From a virus, in IMG/VR virus record IMGVR_UViG_3300043772_003377, positions 40,514 through 104,513 of that record: a DNA stretch of 64,000 nt. One strand, 5' to 3'. Each line of letters starts with the position of its first letter. The stretch's first letter is position 1. Under the pieces are notes generated by a model. That model did not search any database. It was given only the letters and a program-made list of their open reading frames with translations, and was not told the origin of the DNA. The position numbers and the translations under genes are program-made. Positions 1 to 6,998 of the stretch are shown here, piece by piece.

Positions 1-1
1 A

Positions 2-358
2 ACATCAGCTGACGGTAAAACTTATAATATATCTTGTGGTAAAGGTGATGAAGATGTTGTAACAACTACCACAACTATTAGTGGAGGAAAATGGAGAAAA
101 TGTAGTGGGACTTATAGTAGAGGATGTTATGAAACTGAACAAGACGGACCTATACATCAAGTTCAAACTTGTATAGGTACAACGTCTGATGGTAAATTTG
201 GTCCTAAAACCGAGGCGGCTTTAAAACAAAAAACAGGAAAAACATCTTTTACTGATGCGGATATTGAGAAAATTTGTGGCGGTGCTCAAGAGGATGAAAA
301 AGGTGATGATTGGAAAAATATAGAGCCTGAAACAGGGGATGATAGTGCGGAGGGTTAA
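2..358 (+). CDS. Partial (5'-truncated) protein with peptidoglycan-binding-like motif
   Basis: Open frame from base 2 to TAA at 356-358, translated by hand; contains GPIHQVQTCIGTTSDGKFGPKTEAALK (PG_binding_1-like DGxFGPxT) and ends in SAEG. Confidence 0.7.
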   Translation, partial: TSADGKTYNISCGKGDEDVVTTTTTISGGKWRKCSGTYSRGCYETEQDGPIHQVQTCIGTTSDGKFGPKTEAALKQKTGKTSFTDADIEKICGGAQEDEKGDDWKNIEPETGDDSAEG

Positions 359-399
359 ATATATTAAAAATAATAATTAAATGGTAGAATTAAAATATT

Positions 400-1458
400 A
401 TGAAAAAAATAATTAAAGAGCAGAATGAACATAGTATAGATCTAGTTAAAGGTAGGGATATGTATAAATGTCCTTTCTTAATTGGTGCCGAATTAGGAGA
501 TAGTCAAAAATTTGGTAAAGGTGTTATGAGAAGAATCGCGAACAGTGATAGTCCTAAGAAAAATTATTTAGTTGGTGACACTTTAATTATAAAGTCAAAC
601 TATACTTATGATGTTATAAGAAACAATTCGTATGTTAAACAAGGACTTCCTTGGAAATGTTCTACTATGGGAACGATTGAGGTTAAACCTCAATTATCCG
701 CAGACCAACAAAGAAGTGTTGACGATAAGATTAGTTTTTATAAATCTGAAGACGGCCAACCTTTATATCAAAAAGAAACTCCTACTGCGGATCAAATGAA
801 TGACTTTGAAAAAATTAATTTAAAAGATGACCCAAATTTTAAAGAATTAATAAAGTTCGATTATTTTATTTGGAAAAGAAAAGGTTTAAGACAAACTGAA
901 GGTCCCCAACAAAGGGCAATTATTAAAACTTTTACAGATCAAGGTTATCTTGATAAGGGAGGTAAAATAAATCCTGCTGAGGAAGATATGTACGAAGTTA
1001 TTGACCTTAGCACCGTATATCCTACAGAATTTACTAAACCTTATAAAGTATATAGAAAATTAGAATCTGCGGATACTAATAAAATAGTAAAAGAACTTGA
1101 TTCTTTAGTAAGACAAAGAAATTATGGAGATAGAGAATTTTGTAGAAATTTTATTAGAAACTATGATAATGCGAGAAAATTAAAAGCACCTGTAAGTGGT
1201 CCTCAAATATTAAAATGGAAATCAGGTGTTAAAATGTGTAAACAAAAAAATACAAATTTCTTAGATTTAAATATAACTAACAGAATTCTAAAAAAATTAG
1301 AGACCGATACCGGAAAATATGGTATTTCAGATAACGCGACTCCAGCAAACCAACAATCTATGAACGAATCTTTTTATAATTCAAATAAAATTTTAAAATC
1401 AAGAATCCATAATATGTTACTGGAGACTTATTATAAAAAAAAATATAACAAAAAATGA
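400..1458 (+). CDS. Hypothetical protein, possibly virion-internal
   Basis: 352-aa ORF; N-terminal MKKIIKE and C-terminal IHNMLLE motifs; no family recognised. Confidence 0.7.
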   Translation: MKKIIKEQNEHSIDLVKGRDMYKCPFLIGAELGDSQKFGKGVMRRIANSDSPKKNYLVGDTLIIKSNYTYDVIRNNSYVKQGLPWKCSTMGTIEVKPQLSADQQRSVDDKISFYKSEDGQPLYQKETPTADQMNDFEKINLKDDPNFKELIKFDYFIWKRKGLRQTEGPQQRAIIKTFTDQGYLDKGGKINPAEEDMYEVIDLSTVYPTEFTKPYKVYRKLESADTNKIVKELDSLVRQRNYGDREFCRNFIRNYDNARKLKAPVSGPQILKWKSGVKMCKQKNTNFLDLNITNRILKKLETDTGKYGISDNATPANQQSMNESFYNSNKILKSRIHNMLLETYYKKKYNKK

Positions 1459-2597
1459 AAAATTTATTTATAATAAACGAAGATGAGAGAAAAAGAATTT
1501 TAGGTCTTCACGAAAATGCAACTAAAAAACAATATTTAGGTGAAGCCAAAATAACTGGTGACCAATATAGCGGAAGAAATATTAAATTTGATTCTGAAGA
1601 TCCGATCACCCAAAGTATTTTTAATCTTGTTCACAATGTATCTGATATTGATGAGACTAAATTAGTTAAGGAAATTCTTAAAATAAAAGACAAAAATACA
1701 TTTGTTAAAATTAATAACGAATTAAAGAATGTTTTTAAAATGATGGGGTCTAAATATACTGGTTTGGATAGTGTAATTGCAGATGCGATGGATTATGATT
1801 ACGACCAATATGATACGTATAAAGTATTAGAACCTCACCTAAAAAAAATAGGAATTAATACAGATAGATTGGGGTATGACGACTACGTTTTCAAAAATCT
1901 ACCAACTAATACAAGTATGGCGGCAAATCCTGACCAAAATAAAAAAACAGATACTTTAACACCGGCTCAAAGAGAAATGAGTTTCGCAAGTAAATATGGT
2001 CAAACCTATCCTTGTGTTGTTGGTGGTACTAAATTAAAATACACTAAAAATGATGGAGGTTTTTATTATAAACTTGGTGATGTTGCGTATTATATAAATG
2101 GTGAGTATAAAAACCTTACAACAGGATCCAAAGGAACTTTTAAATGTAATGGTAAACAAATTTCATTGGATGGTAAAACAACCGCAAATCCTGATGTAAC
2201 TCCAAAACAAAGAGTTGTGCCAACAACTAGCGACGAATTATTACAAGGTAAAGGGTATTTAAAATTAAATGATAAAAATGATTTGGTAAAACTAGTTCAA
2301 AATCAATTAATAAGTGCTGGAGAAACCGTTACACCATCAGGAATTTTTGACAAGACCACATATGATGCGGTTAAATCATTCCAAAGTAAACAAACCCCAC
2401 CATTAAAGACCGATGGAATTGTAGGTAAAGGTACTTGGTTAATATTATCTAAAGTAAAGTCAGAAATGATGACACCTAAAGAAGTTACATTAACTAATCC
2501 ACAACAAAATAGTTCCACAACAAACGATAAATCGGTAACAAGTAATTCAACACAACCAACACCTACAAGTAATCAACCTGATGAAGCCGAAGGATAA
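1455..2597 (+). CDS. Peptidoglycan-binding domain protein
   Basis: C-terminal LKLNDKNDLVKLVQNQL..SGIFDKTTYDAVKSFQ..LKTDGIVGKGTW fits PG_binding_1; leader INEDERKRILGLHE. Confidence 0.8.
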   Translation: MKNLFIINEDERKRILGLHENATKKQYLGEAKITGDQYSGRNIKFDSEDPITQSIFNLVHNVSDIDETKLVKEILKIKDKNTFVKINNELKNVFKMMGSKYTGLDSVIADAMDYDYDQYDTYKVLEPHLKKIGINTDRLGYDDYVFKNLPTNTSMAANPDQNKKTDTLTPAQREMSFASKYGQTYPCVVGGTKLKYTKNDGGFYYKLGDVAYYINGEYKNLTTGSKGTFKCNGKQISLDGKTTANPDVTPKQRVVPTTSDELLQGKGYLKLNDKNDLVKLVQNQLISAGETVTPSGIFDKTTYDAVKSFQSKQTPPLKTDGIVGKGTWLILSKVKSEMMTPKEVTLTNPQQNSSTTNDKSVTSNSTQPTPTSNQPDEAEG

Positions 2598-2598
2598 T

Positions 2599-2811
2599 TT
2601 ATTTTTCTTTAGATAAGACCCTTATAGATTTAGAAATAATTTCTGTCTCCCCAATTGAAAACGCGCCTGAATGATAGGCGTGTTTTACTGCTTGTATAAG
2701 TATGTATTTTGAAAACTCTTCATTCATATTATTATATAATGTATCAAAATGGTCTTCACTTAATAAGGGTATTGAATTAAATAACTTTCCGTAAACTTTT
2801 TCTTCTTCCAT
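2599..2811 (-). CDS. Hypothetical protein
   Basis: 70-aa ORF with ATG that fills the gap between neighbours. Confidence 0.65.
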   Translation of the reverse strand: MEEEKVYGKLFNSIPLLSEDHFDTLYNNMNEEFSKYILIQAVKHAYHSGAFSIGETEIISKSIRVLSKEK

Positions 2812-2827
2812 TTTATATAGTTTGTTA

Positions 2828-2835
2828 TATTTATA
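2828..2835 (+). promoter_or_regulatory. Putative phage late promoter TATTTATA
   Basis: Motif 22 nt upstream of ATG 2858; recurs before about 15 genes. Confidence 0.6.
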
Positions 2836-2857
2836 ATAATAAGAACTTTTTATTTAA

Positions 2858-3637
2858 ATGTTAAGAGATTTAATAAAACAAATATTGAGAGAAGCGACAT
2901 CTGATAGTACAGGTGCGAGAGGATCGTATGTACTTCCATTACAACCTGGTTTAAGAAAATTTAAAAAAAATGAATTAAAACCTTTTACCGAAGAATTATC
3001 TGAAATAGATAACGCCGAAAAATATTGGGATAGTTTGGATGGTGATTTAACTAAAACAAAAAATAAAAGATTATCTGAAACCGATATTGATAGAATAGTT
3101 AAAAATATTTTAGAATCGGATTCTTCCGTGTCTGCCGGTGAATATAGTGGTCCTATAGAGTTAGGTATAAAAAAGTGGTCTAAAAGTGAATTAGGACCTT
3201 TTTATGAGTTTGTTGATACAGAACACAATCATAAGAAGGTTAAGAGTACCACTAAGAATAATATAGAAAGAGAAGTGGGAATGTGGGAAAAAGGTAAAGA
3301 TGGTACTTATGATATTGATACCCACCCTGTTCATACCATAAAAGAAGATTTAGCCGTTTGGTTTGGTACTAAAAAGAAACCTAAAGGTAGTTCACAACCT
3401 AAAGGTCCTTGGGTTAATATATGTAAAAAGGTTGATGGTAAACATCCACCTTGTGGTAGACCTGAAGCAACTGATAAAGCGTATCCTAAATGTAGGGCAG
3501 CTGGTGTGGCAGGTAAAATGTCAGATTCTCAAAAGAGAGCGGCGTGTAATCAAAAAAGAAGGGCTGAAAAATCAAACCCTAAACCTGGTACAGGAAACAA
3601 ACCTAAAATGGTAAGTTACAAACCTAGAAAGAAATAA
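2858..3637 (+). CDS. Hypothetical protein with internal duplication and basic Cys-containing C-terminal domain
   Basis: Two related segments (PLQPGLRKFKKNELKPFTE and PIELGIKKWSKSELGPFYE), then WF..WVNIC..CGR..YPKCR. Confidence 0.75.
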   Translation: MLRDLIKQILREATSDSTGARGSYVLPLQPGLRKFKKNELKPFTEELSEIDNAEKYWDSLDGDLTKTKNKRLSETDIDRIVKNILESDSSVSAGEYSGPIELGIKKWSKSELGPFYEFVDTEHNHKKVKSTTKNNIEREVGMWEKGKDGTYDIDTHPVHTIKEDLAVWFGTKKKPKGSSQPKGPWVNICKKVDGKHPPCGRPEATDKAYPKCRAAGVAGKMSDSQKRAACNQKRRAEKSNPKPGTGNKPKMVSYKPRKK

Positions 3638-3901
3638 TTATAAACTATCTTTCTTTGTTTCCTCTACTCTAACTTCTTCTTTTACTTCAGTTTTTTTTGG
3701 TTTTTTTTCATTAACACGAATTGTGTCATAAAAAATTTTTTTAACTTTAACGGTATCATATACCACTTTTTTATCAACACTGGTGTAATCTTTATCTTTT
3801 TTAGGGCCTATTATACTGAGTGTCGACATTAAAATTATAAGCAAAATAGGTGTACCAATTAATGTTAATCCTGTTAAGAATATCTTATCAAATTTGTTCA
3901 T
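3638..3901 (-). CDS. Small membrane-anchored protein
   Basis: N-terminal hydrophobic helix; charged tail containing DTV, DTI and DSL. Confidence 0.7.
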   Translation of the reverse strand: MNKFDKIFLTGLTLIGTPILLIILMSTLSIIGPKKDKDYTSVDKKVVYDTVKVKKIFYDTIRVNEKKPKKTEVKEEVRVEETKKDSL

Positions 3902-4301
3902 TTGTGATGTTTTTAAAAATGTTACTTAATGAATGTTTTACGTTAGACCTGATTTCGTCTTCCATTTTCTTTCTACGAGTTTCTACCTCATTATCAAATG
4001 AATTGTATAACCTATCACTTGTTTTAGGTGTTAGTTCGATTGTATAACTATAATTGTGATTTACGATGGTGATGACTCTTTTATCCATAATAATAAAGAT
4101 TTGGTCATCATAACTCTTAATATACCTTTTTCCTGAGATTGGGGAAATTAGTAATTTTGTGGATTCCTTGTTAATCAGGTTCTTACAAATGCCGATACAT
4201 TCATACTCATACTCTGATTTAACATACTCTTCTTTGGGGGTTGTTTTTTTTATGAAGGTAATCCCTACTTTTTGGAAGAACCTCTTTATTTTGTGTTTCA
4301 T
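3888..4301 (-). CDS. Hypothetical early protein (start revised to ATG 4301)
   Basis: The track start at 4316 overlaps the promoter element; ATG at 4301 gives MKHKIKRFF. Confidence 0.7.
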   Translation of the reverse strand: MKHKIKRFFQKVGITFIKKTTPKEEYVKSEYEYECIGICKNLINKESTKLLISPISGKRYIKSYDDQIFIIMDKRVITIVNHNYSYTIELTPKTSDRLYNSFDNEVETRRKKMEDEIRSNVKHSLSNIFKNITNEQI

Positions 4302-4305
4302 AATA

Positions 4306-4336
4306 CAAAGATACAACTTTTTTTAGAAACTACAAA
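4306..4336 (-). promoter_or_regulatory. Bacteroidota-type primary-sigma promoter
   Basis: Minus strand reads TTTG-N19-TATCTTTG, matching the -33 TTTG / -7 TAnnTTTG consensus, 4 nt before the ATG. Confidence 0.7.
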
Positions 4337-4347
4337 AAAAAATTAAA

Positions 4348-4827
4348 TTATTTTTTCTTCCATTTACCACCCTTTTCTTTATATCTTTTTGCGGCGGCAC
4401 CATTACAATAAGCGCTTGGACATACTTTGTATCTTGATTTAGCCCAAGATAAGCATTGAGACCATAATTTCGGGTTTGTTGGTACATTTTTTTTCTTTTT
4501 ACCTTCTTCCATCATTTCGGGTTCAGAAGGAACCATAACCTCATCTTCCATTTTATGATAACGTTTTGTTTCATTCATAATGAAGTCAAAAACTTGGTCA
4601 AGGTTATTTTTGGATTCTGCTATGTGATCTTGAGCCCAATCGTGACCATTTTCCAATAACTCAGTAACTTCATTTTTATCCAAATTTAATAACAATTCAC
4701 ATTGTCTTTTCATTTGTTCTAAATTTGAAAAGAACATATATCGAGATGAATCATCATCGTGAGTCTCATTTAGAACTCTTTGAACTATCTTAGTTAAGTC
4801 CGATTCTTTTAGTTTAATGACTCTCAT
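4348..4827 (-). CDS. Hypothetical protein with LxESDL leader and basic C-terminal domain
   Basis: Leader MRVIKLKESDLTKIVQRVLNE; C-terminus PTNPKLW..PSAYCNG..YKEKGGKW resembles a small basic viral domain (DUF5872-like, unverified). Confidence 0.75.
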   Translation of the reverse strand: MRVIKLKESDLTKIVQRVLNETHDDDSSRYMFFSNLEQMKRQCELLLNLDKNEVTELLENGHDWAQDHIAESKNNLDQVFDFIMNETKRYHKMEDEVMVPSEPEMMEEGKKKKNVPTNPKLWSQCLSWAKSRYKVCPSAYCNGAAAKRYKEKGGKWKKK

Positions 4828-5129
4828 TATTCTTCGTCTTTTAACATAGTTGTATCCAACATATTTAAATCCAATAAACGTTTGGTTAAAGTTTTTCTAC
4901 CTAACTTTCTTAAATATCTAATAACAATAGGAGGAACATCGTCAGAGTACTTTCCAAATAAAGTCGCAATTTCATCTTCTTTTGGTGTGGATTCATAATC
5001 CGCTCTTGATCTTGATGATCTAATACCTCTAGGACCTTTTTCATAAGGAGTCTCGTCTTCACTTTCTTTGATTACTCTTTTTACGATTTGTTCTAAATCT
5101 GATTCAGTAAGTTTAACAATTTTTTTCAT
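4827..5129 (-). CDS. Hypothetical protein with LTESDL leader
   Basis: MKKIVKLTESDLEQIVKRVIKE. Confidence 0.75.
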   Translation of the reverse strand: MKKIVKLTESDLEQIVKRVIKESEDETPYEKGPRGIRSSRSRADYESTPKEDEIATLFGKYSDDVPPIVIRYLRKLGRKTLTKRLLDLNMLDTTMLKDEE

Positions 5130-5130
5130 A

Positions 5131-5517
5131 TTAATTTAATGTTTGTTTTGATAACGTTTCTATTTTATTTATCTCATCGGCATATTTTTTAAAATGATTG
5201 GTTGCCAAATCAATATGACTAACTAATTCATCTTTTTTATCTTGAGGCATTTTAGATGAATTTATATTATTTTTTAATGAATCTAAATCAATCATTATTT
5301 TATGATTTGGCTCATCTAATTTTTTTAATTTAGACATTAATCTTTGTAAACTACTTAAATGTTTGAAGTAAGGAAATCCGTGACCTCTAAAAAATCCTTT
5401 AGCCCCTTGATACAAGTCTTTAACGTCTCCAAATAAATCTTCATTTAAGTTTGGATTATTAACTTCATTTACCAATTTTTGTAATTGTTTTTCCGTTATT
5501 TTAACTGAAGTCTTCAT
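5131..5517 (-). CDS. Hypothetical protein with ITEKQL leader
   Basis: MKTSVKITEKQLQKLVNE; sense-strand TATTTAT upstream at 5522-5528. Confidence 0.75.
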   Translation of the reverse strand: MKTSVKITEKQLQKLVNEVNNPNLNEDLFGDVKDLYQGAKGFFRGHGFPYFKHLSSLQRLMSKLKKLDEPNHKIMIDLDSLKNNINSSKMPQDKKDELVSHIDLATNHFKKYADEINKIETLSKQTLN

Positions 5518-5535
5518 ATTAATAAATATATTATT

Positions 5536-5928
5536 TTAAGAGTTTAATCCGTTAGGACCTCCTAAAGTTATTGCGTTTAATTGAGTTATAGGTTTTCCGT
5601 ATCCGTCAGTCCAAACAGGATGAGGAGGAACTATTTCGGTGAAAGTTCCGGTAGTACAAGTCTCAACACATACTATGGTTTCGGTATTTGCACTTTTTGG
5701 TAGGTTAATTAAACAATTAAAACAAACATCAAAAGATTCTGATAATGTTATTGATGAATAACTTCCAGAGTCTCCGGTTAAAATTGTGAAACAAGATGTA
5801 ATAGGAATCCCTCCATCGGTAATCTCTAATTGGTAAACACCATTAATTGTTAGAGAATCATCAACAATTGTTGATGAGGAATATTCAAAATTAGTATCAC
5901 AATCTTTATAAATGTAGTAAGATGCCAT
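5536..5928 (-). CDS. Small Cys-containing putative structural protein
   Basis: C-terminus PPHPVWTDGYG..LNAITLGGPNGLN is paralogous to 9944-10183; late motif at 5941-5948. Confidence 0.7.
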   Translation of the reverse strand: MASYYIYKDCDTNFEYSSSTIVDDSLTINGVYQLEITDGGIPITSCFTILTGDSGSYSSITLSESFDVCFNCLINLPKSANTETIVCVETCTTGTFTEIVPPHPVWTDGYGKPITQLNAITLGGPNGLNS

Positions 5929-5988
5929 AGTTTTTTATATTATAAATATCTAATTTATTTGTAATTTTATTTTAAATTATTTATATTT

Positions 5989-6996
5989 TTATTCGCCTAC
6001 CCATCTTGCTTGGAACCAAGACCTTGACGCGAATTGACTTCTTGAATTTGATGCTCCACCAACATTTACAATGTTTATGAAATCAGTTGATCCGTTTAGA
6101 TATACAATTTTTGTTATTGTTTGAGCCACCGAGTTAAAAGAACCCGCGGCAGCAACAATTACATTATTTTTCTTAATTCCCATACTCGCTTCAGTATTTC
6201 TATAAACATCATACGACGCAGTAATTTCCCAATAACCTACCTTTTGCGGTGTAAATGTATAATTAGATGTATTAAACCAACTACTTGATACATTAACCGA
6301 ATTACTTACAATACTATATCTACAAGGATCTTCAGTAAATGAACCCGGTAAGTTATAAGTTATATCCTCAGTTGTTGCTTCAAGTAAATAAAGAGTTGGT
6401 ACAAGATTTGTGGATACACTATTCCCTAAAGTAGTCAAATCAAAATACCCACCTCTAGCATTACCACCCTGCTCAAAGATTCTTAATCTATTTTGATAAA
6501 CATCAATTGTTATACCATCACCCGAAAGTGACGTGTTGGTTGCCGCTTTCCCTAATAAAATCTCACCTCCTTCATCCCCTGATTGAAACAAAAGACTTAA
6601 TTTAGCGCCATCAAAAGTAATAAGTGATTCTGCGTTTAATTCGCCAACGTTTCCTGTTGCCGTAATTATTCTGTTGTTTACATTATTTAATATAGTCACT
6701 CCAGAATCAGTCCCACCTGTATAAGCGGTTGTTTGTATGGTGTCATCAGGAAAAGTTAGACCTGTCGAAGAAAAACTCCAGGCAGTTCCGATTCCATAGG
6801 AGAAGTTAATGTCAACATCTGTTTCGTTTGCAACAACGGCAGTTCCAGGTGCCGTTGGCCCACTACTTATAGAAGTTGGGATTGGTAAATTTGAATAAGT
6901 GTTAGCAGAAATTGTATCTGTAATAATTGTTGTTGAATTTATTTCAGATATTGTTTGTCCTGATAAATTATTTACTATGTATTTTGTTATTGACAT
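5989..6996 (-). CDS. Tail fibre-like protein with C1q/TNF-like beta-sandwich C-terminus
   Basis: Fibre motifs LTFPDDTIQTTA and NNRIITATG; C-terminal YTFTPQKVGYWEITAS..VYLNGSTDFI. Confidence 0.6.
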   Translation of the reverse strand: MSITKYIVNNLSGQTISEINSTTIITDTISANTYSNLPIPTSISSGPTAPGTAVVANETDVDINFSYGIGTAWSFSSTGLTFPDDTIQTTAYTGGTDSGVTILNNVNNRIITATGNVGELNAESLITFDGAKLSLLFQSGDEGGEILLGKAATNTSLSGDGITIDVYQNRLRIFEQGGNARGGYFDLTTLGNSVSTNLVPTLYLLEATTEDITYNLPGSFTEDPCRYSIVSNSVNVSSSWFNTSNYTFTPQKVGYWEITASYDVYRNTEASMGIKKNNVIVAAAGSFNSVAQTITKIVYLNGSTDFINIVNVGGASNSRSQFASRSWFQARWVGE

Positions 6997-6998
6997 TT

